NCBI GenBank assembly: GCA_964624155.1
Contig: CAZUWM010000002.1
Location: 5,159-69,158 of the forward strand
DNA length: 64,000 bases
Direction: 5' to 3'
DNA from: an uncultured Planctomycetales bacterium
Lineage (GTDB): Bacteria > Omnitrophota > Gorgyraeia > Aquiviventales > Aquiviventaceae
A program made the translations under genes and the position numbers. Shown here one piece after another: positions 21,115 through 31,515 of the stretch; within the stretch, counting starts at the first letter, position 1; each line of letters starts with the position of its first letter. The notes under the pieces are model-generated. The model was not told the DNA's origin and made no database searches. It saw only the letters and a list, made by a program, of their open reading frames with translations.

Positions 21115-21170
21115 CTGTGGTTATCTGTGTATCTGTGCCATCTGTGCAGCATCTGTGGCATCTGTGAGGG
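20988..21170. repeat. Large palindromic array: ~7 CACAGA(T/G) units on left arm, ~10 (A/T)TCTGTG units on right arm
   Basis: Spans pilO 3' end and pilP 5' end; translated into both proteins. Confidence 0.85.
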
Positions 21171-21729
21171 TCACATACGTCAGCAAGATAAGCTTCACGT
21201 TGTGGCGGCGCAGCTCTCGCTCAGACTGACTGATCCGCAACTGCTTGACCTCGATGGACTGATCCCCGGATTCGACACGACTGAGGAACATCCCGAGTTG
21301 ATGGAAGCCGGACAACGCGTCGATTTCGATGGCCACCGCCTTATAGAGCCCTAGCGAGACCTGAGTGTTTGGCTCCAACGGTTGAGCGGACCGCTGGGGA
21401 AAGATGGAGAGAATTTTCACGCCGGTCTGACTGGCCAGTTCTGAGATCCATTCGATGACGGTGGGTAGCGCGTCCTCGGAGGGGAGCTGGTCCCGCAACT
21501 GGGCCACGCTGGTCTGGAGACCGGCGTATTCTTGCTGGATGTTCGTCGCTTGAGCCATCAACTGCTCCATCTGTTGAACTTGCTTGCTCGCCTCGCGGAC
21601 CTGCTGGCTCAGGCGGACGACCGCACCAGCGAGCGGCTGCAGGAGATACAGGTAGTAGACGTACACGGCGAGGCTCATCAGCATCACCAGCCCAACCAGG
21701 AGTCGCCGTTTTTCGCTCAGGCGCTTCAT
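21121..21729 (-). CDS. pilO: Type IV pilus assembly protein PilO
   Basis: N-terminal TM, coiled coil, PilO-like C-domain; C-terminal 14 aa (TDATDAAQMAQIHR) encoded by the repeat array. Confidence 0.75.
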   Translation of the reverse strand: MKRLSEKRRLLVGLVMLMSLAVYVYYLYLLQPLAGAVVRLSQQVREASKQVQQMEQLMAQATNIQQEYAGLQTSVAQLRDQLPSEDALPTVIEWISELASQTGVKILSIFPQRSAQPLEPNTQVSLGLYKAVAIEIDALSGFHQLGMFLSRVESGDQSIEVKQLRISQSERELRRHNVKLILLTYVTLTDATDAAQMAQIHR

Positions 21730-21730
21730 C

Positions 21731-22306
21731 TCATTGTACAGCAGCTTCCAGGACGCATGTCACCGTAAACAGAGTGATCTCTACGTCGTTTTCTCTTGTG
21801 CTTTTGATGGATTCGATTTGAATGTCCCGAACCGCGGAGGTAAACGCCGGCTGGTCCTTGAGATTCTGAACCAGTTGGCCGATCTGAGCCATTTCTTGCC
21901 CCTCTTGACCGAGCGCGGCCCCCTCAATCACCAGCCCGCGAACCGGATCCAGGGAGAGGGTCGTGAACCAAATGCCTTCCGGGGTGGCATCAGAGAGCGT
22001 GTTGAGGCGCCTGGCCCACACGCTCTCGCCACGATGCAAGCCCTCAAACGACGTCTGCTGGGTCCGAAGCTTCTGAAGGGTGACGCGGAGCCGATCCACC
22101 TCCACGCGCCTGGGTTGCAGTTGCTGCAACTGCGCATTCAAGTGATTGAGCTGCATCTGACGGACCTGCCGGACGAGCGCCAGCAGGATGGTCAGACCCA
22201 GGACGATCGCCACGACCACCGAGACGAGCGGTGAGCGGTGGAGTGGGGGAAGAGGGGTGGCGGTCGTCTTGCGATACGACTCTGGCAAGAGGTTGATTGT
22301 GAACAT
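21731..22306 (-). CDS. pilN: Type IV pilus assembly protein PilN
   Basis: Internal Met start MFTINLLPESYRK (canonical PilN N-terminus), TM, coiled coil. Confidence 0.75.
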   Translation of the reverse strand: MFTINLLPESYRKTTATPLPPLHRSPLVSVVVAIVLGLTILLALVRQVRQMQLNHLNAQLQQLQPRRVEVDRLRVTLQKLRTQQTSFEGLHRGESVWARRLNTLSDATPEGIWFTTLSLDPVRGLVIEGAALGQEGQEMAQIGQLVQNLKDQPAFTSAVRDIQIESIKSTRENDVEITLFTVTCVLEAAVQ

Positions 22307-22307
22307 G

Positions 22308-23341
22308 TCAGCCTCGAAGGGCCAACCCGTACGCGATCGCAAACTGGTTTGACACCCGCTGGGCGAAGGGCCATGGTGTCACCGGCTGTGTGAGGTGTTT
22401 CTTCAACGCCTCCAGCAGCCCGCCCGATTGACTCAGGCCACCGCTGAGAACGACGTGATTGGGAGACGGCCCGAAATGGCTCTCGAAGAAATCAAATGAC
22501 AACTGCAATTCTTCGATGAGCGGTTCACATCCCGTCGCCAACACGTTCAACATCTCAGACGACGGCAGGGTACTCTGCTTCAGTTGGGTCATCGCGCCGG
22601 CCTGGTCAAGCCCAGCCTGACTCGCCATATACTGAACCAGCTTCTCCGCTCCCCATGGGATGTCGCGCACGAGATACGGCACCCCGGTTTTCAACACCGC
22701 CAGGTTAGTCCACTGGGCTCCGACGTTGATCAGCGCCGGCGTCTCCGAGTGTGGCGTGCCATTCGCGTGTTCGAGAAAAGCGTTCGTGAGCGCCAACGCA
22801 TCAACGTCCACGGTCGTCACCTCGAATCCCGCGTGTTTCACCCATCCCAACCGTTGATCGAGGAAATCTCGTTTGCACGCGACGATCAGCACCCACATCT
22901 TACTACCTGAGGAGCCAAGCACCGCCCCATCCAACACCACATCCTGAATATTGAATGGCAGGGACCGTTGGGCCTCATACGGAAGGGCTTGTCGAAACTC
23001 CGCAGGACTCAAGGTCGGCATTTCCACCACGCGCATAATCACCCACTGGCCGCTGACAGCCACCGCCACCCCTTTCAGATGTGGAGCGGGCAATCCGTTG
23101 AGAGCCTGTTGAATGGCGTGAGGGATCTGCGCCTCTTGGCCGGGTGAGATCTCAACGAGCTGTTGGCCCAGCACGCGGCGCCCGCCGAGGGCTTTGTGAG
23201 GACCTAACGCGATGGCTTTGATGGAAGAAGATCCGACATCGAGTCCCACGGCGAACTTCGCTTCTTTCGGTTTGATCGCCACGACCTGTTTGACGAACTG
23301 CCAGGCGAACTGCAGGGACTGCGGCAGGGCGAGCGGGGGCG

Positions 23342-23345
<4 letters not shown>
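22308..23345 (-). CDS. pilM: Type IV pilus assembly ATPase-like protein PilM (actin-like)
   Basis: FAVGLDVGSSSIKAIAL phosphate-1 motif; position upstream of pilN. Confidence 0.8.
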
Positions 23346-24033
<688 letters not shown>

Positions 24034-24049
<16 letters not shown>

Positions 24050-24606
24050 GTCATCAAGGTCGCCAACGTGGCGGGGGATTCGATCACCCCGTTGGCGGCA
24101 AACCCGTTCACCCCTTGCTGGGATTGTAATGCACCGTTCTGCCAGACACATTCCCCGAGCGTCCGATTCCGATGACGCCAGCAGACCGAGACGGTCAGCC
24201 GAATCGGGTCGTCACCGACAACGCAGGCAGCCGTGGTGCCCGCTTCGTTCTGGCACGTCACGACGATCAGCTCCTCCGTCAACGGATTGGGTTGAAGGCT
24301 CTTCCCGCCACCGCAGCGCTGCAACCAATCGTCCCATGAGGCGATGGGATCCGTGCAGGTGCCCTGTCCCGTTGCGGCAGGCACAGTATTCGATGGCAAC
24401 GTCGAGCACGTGGGGGTGGTGTTCTGCAACCTGAGTTGTTCCATGACGCGATTGGCGTCATTGATCGCCCAGGTGAGATTTCTGGCATGCTCTGCAAGGA
24501 TCATCTGTCCGAGAAACGCTCCTAAAAACGCGGTCACCGCAAGGGCCAGAATCGCCACGCCGATGAGAACTTCCGGCAGCGTGAAGCCTCCGTGCCACGG
24601 CCTCAC
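24034..24606 (-). CDS. Type IV minor pilin (PilV-like)
   Basis: GTG start giving MRPWHGG|FTLPEVLIGVAILAL; Cys-rich C-domain. Confidence 0.65.
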
Positions 24607-24616
24607 CAGGTTGGCT

Positions 24617-25147
24617 TCAACAATCCGCCGGCGGGTCAGTGACCAACGCATCAGTCGCCTCTGCCGGACCAGAACCTGTGCAATGACGAACGCGTCCGGT
24701 GTTATCCAAGAAAAAAGCTCGTGTGCCCAGCGAGCCGAGCGATTGAGGATTCGCGGTGACGAAGTAGCCCGTGCAGCCGGTCGCGCAGCCGCTTGGCTGG
24801 GCGGTGTAGGTATAGAGATACCCCTGGAACAGCGAGTTCGTCATCGACATGTTGAACGAGGGGGGGCCGTAATCTGGATCCACGTTGTCGTACATATCCG
24901 CCTGCCAGTTGGACGGAAACACGTTGTTGATCGAATGATGCGTGTGCAACATGGAGGCCAGCGCATGCAGGTTGCCGATCGCCGTCGCCTCGTTCGTGGT
25001 GCTGCGGGCCCGCAAAATACTCTGGATCGCGACCGCCACCAGCAGACCAACGATCCCTAGTGCCACCACCAGCTCGACGAGCGTAAAGCCGCGCACCCTA
25101 GCTTCACGTAGCCTACGCGTGCAGCGTTGGAGCGCGAACCGCCGCAT
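24617..25147 (-). CDS. Type IV pilin (PilA-like paralog 2)
   Basis: ...ARVRG|FTLVELVVALGIVGLLVAVAI; shares WQADMY..DPDYGPPSF and C-terminal Cys-containing tail with the next gene. Confidence 0.7.
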   Translation of the reverse strand: MRRFALQRCTRRLREARVRGFTLVELVVALGIVGLLVAVAIQSILRARSTTNEATAIGNLHALASMLHTHHSINNVFPSNWQADMYDNVDPDYGPPSFNMSMTNSLFQGYLYTYTAQPSGCATGCTGYFVTANPQSLGSLGTRAFFLDNTGRVRHCTGSGPAEATDALVTDPPADC

Positions 25148-25230
25148 CCGGGTTACTCGAGAGGAGACGGGCCCCAGCCTCCGCCCGAGGCCCATCTTCA
25201 CTCTCGATTAGTGAGCTCTCTTACGGCGAC

Positions 25231-25722
25231 TTAACACGCGTCAGGCGCTGCATCGAGCGTGCGGTCGTCCACCATTCCCGCAGCCGTCCCGGTCCCCCGA
25301 CAGTGCCGAACAATGCCCGTCTGATTGGCGAAAAACGACCGGGTTCCCGTCGTCCCCAACGCCTGAGGAACCGTCAGCAGGGTAAAGGTCTGCGCCGCGG
25401 TTCGGTTGTACGTATAGGTGTAGCCCTGGACCGTATCCGCCGCTGCCCCAGCGAGGGCGAGATCAAACGACGGCGGCCCGTAGTCCGGATCGGGAGTCGT
25501 GTACATATCCGCTTGCCATGCCGCAGGGTACACGTTGTTCACCGCCCGGAACATCTCCACCCCCGCCATCAGCGCCCGCATGTTCGCCACCGCCGCCGAC
25601 TCATTGGCCGTGGTGCGGCCACGCAACACGTTCGGGATCGCAATCGCCGCCAGCAAGGCGATGATCGCGACCACGATCATCACTTCAACCAAGGTAAACC
25701 CTCTACGAGAAAGGCGTGTCAT
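25231..25722 (-). CDS. pilA: Type IV major pilin PilA-like (paralog 1)
   Basis: MTRLSRRG|FTLVEVMIVVAIIALLAAIAIP canonical prepilin; SD AAAGGAGAT 8 nt upstream; 163 aa. Confidence 0.8.
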   Translation of the reverse strand: MTRLSRRGFTLVEVMIVVAIIALLAAIAIPNVLRGRTTANESAAVANMRALMAGVEMFRAVNNVYPAAWQADMYTTPDPDYGPPSFDLALAGAAADTVQGYTYTYNRTAAQTFTLLTVPQALGTTGTRSFFANQTGIVRHCRGTGTAAGMVDDRTLDAAPDAC

Positions 25723-26267
25723 CGGAGAGATCTCCTTTTGTTTGGTAGGCTGTGCACGTTGCGGGGAGGGATTTTTTGATGGAATGATGATGCCTTCCGC
25801 TTCCCGTCCGTCACCACGCCACAGCGTTTCCGCATCGCTGCATTGTTGACTTCCAACCGCGTACGCTTCACCTCCTTTCAACCTCAAACAAAAACGCCAC
25901 TGCCGCATGGACAATGGCATCATGACACCTTCGTCTCCTTCATGCGGCAACCCAGCCACCCTGTGAATCAGAAAGCAGGACAGCAGTCGACAGCCGGCGT
26001 ACACGTCGGAGCCGGTTAGCCCGGGAGGCTAACGACTCTCCTTAAGCCGACTGCGTTCTGCCCACTCGCTTCTCCCACAGGGCCTGTGGCTTTCCCCCAC
26101 CACAATACCTGGTGGGCCCGCCTCGATTTCTGGCGGGGGCCCCGTCTCACGACGTCCGCCAAACGACCTCGGCGGATCCGCCCGTCTCTGTGGCGGAAGT
26201 GTGGCTTTTTCGCTGAGACACCTGTACTATGCCACACGTCTCGTGTCATCGTCAAGTGTTTTCCGTG

Positions 26268-26309
26268 ATTTCACAGATTGTAAGATCGATGACACCGATT
26301 TCTGTGTAA
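26268..26309. repeat. Palindromic CACAGAT/ATCTGTG pair
   Basis: gatttcacagattgtaagatcgatgacaccgatttctgtgtaatc; immediately 3' of pilC. Confidence 0.75.
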
Positions 26310-26321
26310 TCACGACCTGAA

Positions 26322-27593
26322 TTAATAGGGGCTGATGAGCTGGGAGATCTGGAAGACCGGAAGGAAGAGCGCGATCACGATCGACCCGATCACGAGGCCC
26401 AGCACCGTGATGATGATCGGTTCGATCAGGCTGGTGAGAGCGTTGACGGCCGCATCGACTTCATTTTCATAGAACTCGGCAATCTTCCCAAGCATCTTCT
26501 CCAGTTCACCGGTCTTCTCCCCCACGGCGATCATCCGAGTCACCATCGGAGGAAAGATCTGACTGTTCGCGAGGGGGTCGGCGATGTTGGCGCCCTCACG
26601 GATGCTCGATCGGGCCGCCAGCGCCGCCTGTTCAAGCAATTTATTGCCGACGGTCTTGGCCACGATCTCCAAGGACGTGAGGATCGGCACCCCGGAGCGC
26701 GACAGGGTTCCCAATGTGCGAGCGAATCGCGCGACCGCCACCTTCTGCAGCAAGGGTCCAATGAGGAGGATGCGAAGCTTCAGCCGGTCAAACCACAATT
26801 GACCGATGGGCGTGGCGAGGAACAGGCGGAAGGCGACCACCATCACCAGCACCACCACGATGACCACAGGAAAGTACTTCCTCAACAAGGCGCTGGCGGT
26901 GAGGAGGAGCTGCGTGGGGAGCGGCAATTGCCCACCCAACGACGTAAAGATGTCCTTGAATTTCGGCACGACCACGACCACGAGGAACGTCGTGATCGAG
27001 AAGGCCAGAAGGCACACGAGCGCCGGATAAAAGAGGCTGGACTGGACTTTCCGTTTGAGCATGTCAGCTTTTTCCAAATAGCCGGCCAGTCGATCAAGGA
27101 TCTCATCCAGGCGACCGGACGACTCCCCGGCCTTGACCATATTAATAAAGAACTCCGAGAAGGCGCGAGGATGCTTGGCGAACGCTTCGGAAAGACTGGA
27201 GCCGGATTGGACCTGGTTCGACACCGCCCGCAAGATGCGACGGAAAACCCGATCCTCGATCTGCTCGGTGAGCACCTCCAGGGCTCCGACGATCGGAATT
27301 CCGCTCGCCACCATGGTCGCTAATTGCCGTGAAAAAATGACGAGCTGCTGGGTGGAGACGCGTGGCTGACCCAGCCCGAAGAGGAGTGACCTGGAGGAAC
27401 GCTCTTCAACCGACAGGACGACGCACTCTTGTTTCCAGAGCTCCTCGATGAGCGCCGTCTTGGACTCGGTCTCCAAGACGCCGTTTCGGGTATGCCCGGC
27501 TTTGTCTTTGATGACATACGCAAATGTCGGCATCTTTATTTTTCTACTTGGATTACACAGATTTCCCAACTCGATTTCACAGATTGAATCCAA
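26322..27593 (-). CDS. pilC: Type IV pilus inner-membrane platform protein PilC (GspF family)
   Basis: Two T2SF repeats, 3 TM; 423 aa. Confidence 0.85.
   Translation of the reverse strand: MDSICEIELGNLCNPSRKIKMPTFAYVIKDKAGHTRNGVLETESKTALIEELWKQECVVLSVEERSSRSLLFGLGQPRVSTQQLVIFSRQLATMVASGIPIVGALEVLTEQIEDRVFRRILRAVSNQVQSGSSLSEAFAKHPRAFSEFFINMVKAGESSGRLDEILDRLAGYLEKADMLKRKVQSSLFYPALVCLLAFSITTFLVVVVVPKFKDIFTSLGGQLPLPTQLLLTASALLRKYFPVVIVVVLVMVVAFRLFLATPIGQLWFDRLKLRILLIGPLLQKVAVARFARTLGTLSRSGVPILTSLEIVAKTVGNKLLEQAALAARSSIREGANIADPLANSQIFPPMVTRMIAVGEKTGELEKMLGKIAEFYENEVDAAVNALTSLIEPIIITVLGLVIGSIVIALFLPVFQISQLISPY
27551..27590. repeat. CACAGAT cluster (GATTACACAGATTTC / GATTTCACAGATTGAATC)
   Basis: pilB-pilC junction. 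Confidence 0.75.
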
Positions 27594-27602
27594 CGCCTTT
27601 CC

Positions 27603-29309
27603 TTATTCTTCCGAGGTGACGTGCAAGACTTCTTCGAGGCTGGTCAGGCCCATCGCGGCCTTCCTCAGTCCATCTTCCCGCAAGGTTTTCATCCCTGCTC
27701 GTTCGATGGCGGAACGCTTGATGTCCCAGGATGGTGCGCGGCTGACAATGAGGTCACGAATCGGCTCATCCAGCACGAGCACCTCGATAATGCCGAAACG
27801 GCCACGGTACCCGGTCTGTCGGCACGCGGAGCAGCCTTTGGCGGTATAGAAGATCGCTCCCTCAGGGGGAACCGAACCGAGGCGCTTCATCAGATCGGCG
27901 GGAGGCTGGATCGGCTGACGACATTTCAGACAGAGCTTCCGGACCAACCGTTGAGCCTCGATCAGCACGATACTCGAAGCCACCAGGAACGGTTCGACGC
28001 CCATGTCGATGAGCCTGGTCACGGCGGAGGCCGTGTCGTTGGTGTGCAAGGTCGAGAAGACCAGGTGTCCCGTGAGGCTGGCTTTCATCGCGATATCCGC
28101 CGTTTCGAAATCACGGATTTCACCGACCATCACCACATCGGGATTCTGGCGGAGAATGGCCCGAAGCCCCGCCGCGAACGTGAGGCCGATCTCCGGATTC
28201 ACCGGCACCTGCGTGATGCCTTCTACTTGATATTCGACGGGGTCTTCGATGGTAATCAGACTGCGCGTGGACGCGTTGAGCAGGCTCAAGATCGCGTAGA
28301 GGGTGGTGGATTTCCCGGACCCTGTCGGGCCGGTGACCAAGATCATACCGTGGGGACGCTTGGTCGCTTCGGTGAGGCTGCTGACCGCCTCAGGCAAAAA
28401 CCCCAGACGATCCAGTCCCGCGGTGAGCTGACTGTTGTCCAGCAGCCGCAAGACCACCTTGCCCCCATGCGTGATCGGCAGCACCGAGACACGAAAATCG
28501 ACTTCTTGCCCCTCCAACCTCACTTTGAACCGCCCATCCTGTGGCAGGCGCCATTCAGTGATATCCAGTCCTGACATAATTTTCAGTCTGGTGAGGACGG
28601 TGTTCTGGACCGACTTGGGAAATTGATGAGCCTCCATCAGGTGGCCGTCAATCCGATAGCGCACCCGTAAGACATCTTCCATCGGCTCAAGATGAATGTC
28701 CGAGGCTCGCCTCCGTAGGGCTTCGCGGATCATCTGGTTGATCGCTTTCACAATCGGCGCCTCGCCGTGTTCCTCTGAGATGACCAGATCCGTCGTCTGC
28801 TCCTCCTCCCGGGTAGCAGGTTCTTCAGCGGCCTCGGTAGGGGTGCCGTTGTCGGTGGTACCGGTCAAGGTGGTGGTCGGTGCGTAGACCTGCTCAATGG
28901 CGCGCCGGATCTCGGCCTCCGAGACGAGCACGGGATCCACCGCGTACTGTGTGAGCATCTTCAGATCGTCTAAGGCCATGATGTTCAATGGATCGGCCAT
29001 CGCGACGACAACCCGTTCGCCAAACTTGGAAATCGGGATGACGGTATATTGACGCGCCAGTCGTTGCGGGATCAGCTGCGCCACCGCCGGGTCCACCCGA
29101 TATTTGGCCAATGACAAGGTGGGGATGCGCAATCCTTCCGACACGAGTCCCACGAGCGCCTGCTCCGTCATCACCCCGCGAGCCACCAGAAGTTGCGTCA
29201 AGTCTCGCCCGCTCGCTCCGGCTTCCTTGAGGAGGCCGGTAAGCTGCTCCTTCGTGACCAAGCCTTTCGACACGAGGAGTTCTGAGAGTCGCTGACGAAA
29301 ACTGCTCAT
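27603..29309 (-). CDS. pilB: Type IV pilus assembly ATPase PilB (GspE family)
   Basis: Internal Met start MSSFRQRLSELLV (T2SSE_N/MshEN-like N-domain), Walker A GPTGSGKST, Asp/His boxes, tetracysteine CLKC...CSAC. Confidence 0.85.
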   Translation of the reverse strand: MSSFRQRLSELLVSKGLVTKEQLTGLLKEAGASGRDLTQLLVARGVMTEQALVGLVSEGLRIPTLSLAKYRVDPAVAQLIPQRLARQYTVIPISKFGERVVVAMADPLNIMALDDLKMLTQYAVDPVLVSEAEIRRAIEQVYAPTTTLTGTTDNGTPTEAAEEPATREEEQTTDLVISEEHGEAPIVKAINQMIREALRRRASDIHLEPMEDVLRVRYRIDGHLMEAHQFPKSVQNTVLTRLKIMSGLDITEWRLPQDGRFKVRLEGQEVDFRVSVLPITHGGKVVLRLLDNSQLTAGLDRLGFLPEAVSSLTEATKRPHGMILVTGPTGSGKSTTLYAILSLLNASTRSLITIEDPVEYQVEGITQVPVNPEIGLTFAAGLRAILRQNPDVVMVGEIRDFETADIAMKASLTGHLVFSTLHTNDTASAVTRLIDMGVEPFLVASSIVLIEAQRLVRKLCLKCRQPIQPPADLMKRLGSVPPEGAIFYTAKGCSACRQTGYRGRFGIIEVLVLDEPIRDLIVSRAPSWDIKRSAIERAGMKTLREDGLRKAAMGLTSLEEVLHVTSEE

Positions 29310-31018
29310 CCCACCACCTCGCCAACCGTGGTGCGAAAGACCTCGTCCAGTGTCGTGATGCGCTCCTTGACTTTTTGGAGGGCATCCTCCCGGAGGGTCC
29401 GCATCCCCGTCTTTTGAGCCGCCTCTTCGATGACGCGCTCTTGCGAGCGCTGGACAATCAGCTCTCGGATCTCCGGTGTCATCACCAAGATCTCCGCAAT
29501 GACTTGCCGTCCGCGATATCCCGATTGGGTGCAGGTCTGGCATCCGCTTCCCTTCGCCAGTTCCAGCACCTCACCACGCGCATCAACCAGGCCAAGTCGC
29601 CTCGCCAGCTCCTTGGGGGGTCGATAGGTCTGCGTGCATCGAGGACAGATTCGACGGACGAGCCGTTGCCCGATCACCGCGCTGACGCAGGAGTTGATGA
29701 GAAACGGCTCAATCCCCATGTTGACGAGCCGCACCACCGTCCCCACCGCGCTGTAGGTGTGCAAGGTACTCAGGACCAGGTGGCCCGTCAGCGCCGCCTT
29801 CACCGCCATATCCGCCGTCTCCCCGTCACGGATCTCCCCCACCAAGATGACGTTGGGATCCTGACGGAGAATGGCCCGCAGGGCCTTGGCGAACGTCAGA
29901 TCAATCTCGGCTTTGACACTCATCTGATTGATGCCTTCCAGATGATATTCCACCGGATCTTCAACGGTCACCAGGTTCTTGTCGGGCCGGTCAATGTATT
30001 TCAACAGCGCGTAGAGGGTGGTGGTTTTCCCCGACCCGGTCGGTCCGGTGGCGAGAATCATCCCATGCGGACGTGCGGCGCACCGTTTCAATCGCTCCAA
30101 ATCCTCCGGACGAAACCCCATGGTTTCGAGATCGAGCATGATCTGCTGGCGATCCAACAGTCTCAGGACGATCTTTTCCCCGAAACTCGATGGGAGCACC
30201 GAGACGCGCACGTCGATGGCTCGATTATCCACCGAGAACACGAAGTGCCCATCTTGGGGCAGTCGATGCTCGGCGATGTCGAGCTCCGACATCACCTTGA
30301 TGCGGGAGACGAGTGCTGGCTCAAGCTGTTTGGGGGGGGCTTCGACTTCCTGCAGCAAGCCATCAATTCGGTACCGAATTCGAACCTTGTGTTCCATCGG
30401 TTCAATGAGCACGTCGGAGGCCCGCAGATGAACCGCCCGCGTCAGCATCGCGTCCGTCAACCGCACCACCGGCTGGGCCTGGCTGAGGGGGATGGCGTCT
30501 TCTTCCTCAACGTCCACTTCCACGGAGGGGGAGTCTCCTGATGAGGGCACGGCTCGGAGCATCTCGCCGATGGTTTCTTCCATGCCGATCCCATAATACA
30601 GGTCGATGACCTCGCGGATGTCTTTGAGCGTGGCCAACAGGGGGTTGATCGCATAGCCCGTCATCGTGGCGATCGTCTCGATCGCAAAGATGTTCAACGG
30701 ATCGGCGATGGCCACGGTGAGCGTCTTGCCGATACAGGAGACGGGCACCACATCGTATTGTTTGGCGATCGGACGGGGGATCATGACCCTGAGCTGCTCA
30801 TCCACCTTAAAACGGGTCAAGCTGATGAGGGGGACGTTGAGTTCTTGACCAATGAGGGAGAGCAGCTCGGGCTCTTTGACAAACCCTTTCTGAACCAGAA
30901 TCTCCTGGAGACTCCCGCCATGTTGTTGTTGGAAGGCCAAGGCCTCCTGGAGCTGTTCGGGCGTGACCAGGCGCTTGGAGACAAGTAGTTCAGTGAGTCG
31001 TGCTTTCAGGCTGGTCAT
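29306..31018 (-). CDS. Second GspE/PilB-family secretion ATPase
   Basis: 570 aa; T2SSE_N-type N-domain (RLTELLVSKRLVTPEQLQEALAFQ), Walker A GPTGSGKTT, tetracysteine CPRC...CQTC; start/stop coupled to pilB. Confidence 0.85.
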   Translation of the reverse strand: MTSLKARLTELLVSKRLVTPEQLQEALAFQQQHGGSLQEILVQKGFVKEPELLSLIGQELNVPLISLTRFKVDEQLRVMIPRPIAKQYDVVPVSCIGKTLTVAIADPLNIFAIETIATMTGYAINPLLATLKDIREVIDLYYGIGMEETIGEMLRAVPSSGDSPSVEVDVEEEDAIPLSQAQPVVRLTDAMLTRAVHLRASDVLIEPMEHKVRIRYRIDGLLQEVEAPPKQLEPALVSRIKVMSELDIAEHRLPQDGHFVFSVDNRAIDVRVSVLPSSFGEKIVLRLLDRQQIMLDLETMGFRPEDLERLKRCAARPHGMILATGPTGSGKTTTLYALLKYIDRPDKNLVTVEDPVEYHLEGINQMSVKAEIDLTFAKALRAILRQDPNVILVGEIRDGETADMAVKAALTGHLVLSTLHTYSAVGTVVRLVNMGIEPFLINSCVSAVIGQRLVRRICPRCTQTYRPPKELARRLGLVDARGEVLELAKGSGCQTCTQSGYRGRQVIAEILVMTPEIRELIVQRSQERVIEEAAQKTGMRTLREDALQKVKERITTLDEVFRTTVGEVVG

Positions 31019-31481
31019 TGGTGTGATCTTTGTACGAGCGTTCCAAGGCCTTGAGGATATCCGAGGGGGTACTGATGAAGGCTTGGACCACGCAACTCGT
31101 CAGCATCTCAATATCCTCGATGGCCTGGATGTTGGATGGATCGGCCATGCTCACCGTCAAGGAGTTCCCCACCCGATCGATGGGAATCACGCAATACTGC
31201 CGCGCCACGCGTTCGGGAATCAATCGCACCATGCCATCATCGAGCTCGTAGTTCTCGAGGGGCAGATACGGAAATCCGTACTGAGCGGTCAGCGCCAAGG
31301 CGATCTCTTCCTCGGTGGCAAACCCGAGCTGTGTGAGGACCTGGCCCAACAACCCCCCGTGCGTCCTCTGGTAGGCGAGGGCGTCTTCGAGTTGCTGAGG
31401 CGTAATCACCCCTCGCTCAAGAAGCACCTCCCCAAGTTTTTTCGTCACCACCCGTCTCGCCATTTTCTTGTGAGATGACAC
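30990..31481 (-). CDS. Standalone T2SSE_N/MshEN-type domain protein (putative c-di-GMP receptor)
   Basis: 163 aa; KLGEVLLERGVITPQQLEDALAYQ fits the 24-residue MshEN c-di-GMP-binding motif RLGxxLLxxGLLxxxxLxxxLxxQ; no ATPase domain. Confidence 0.65.
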   Translation of the reverse strand: MSSHKKMARRVVTKKLGEVLLERGVITPQQLEDALAYQRTHGGLLGQVLTQLGFATEEEIALALTAQYGFPYLPLENYELDDGMVRLIPERVARQYCVIPIDRVGNSLTVSMADPSNIQAIEDIEMLTSCVVQAFISTPSDILKALERSYKDHTNDQPESTTH

Positions 31482-31512
31482 AGATTCCCAAATTAATCTG
31501 TGAACTCATCTC
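31469..31512. repeat. Palindromic CACAGAT/ATCTGTG pair
   Basis: gatgacacagattcccaaattaatctgtgaactcatc; between MshEN-type gene and pilT. Confidence 0.75.
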
Positions 31513-31515
31513 TTG

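Noticed and set aside
20988-21170. Possible CRISPR array, because of many short direct repeats
   Set aside because: Units are 7 nt with 0-4-nt gaps, not 25-40-nt repeats with unique 30-40-nt spacers. The arrays are palindromic and partly coding, and there are no cas genes.
25741-26000. Sigma-54 promoter for pilA
   Set aside because: No TGGCAC-N5-TTGC-like element with correct GG-N10-GC spacing found on the coding strand; GGTGGCTGGGTTGCC has wrong spacing.
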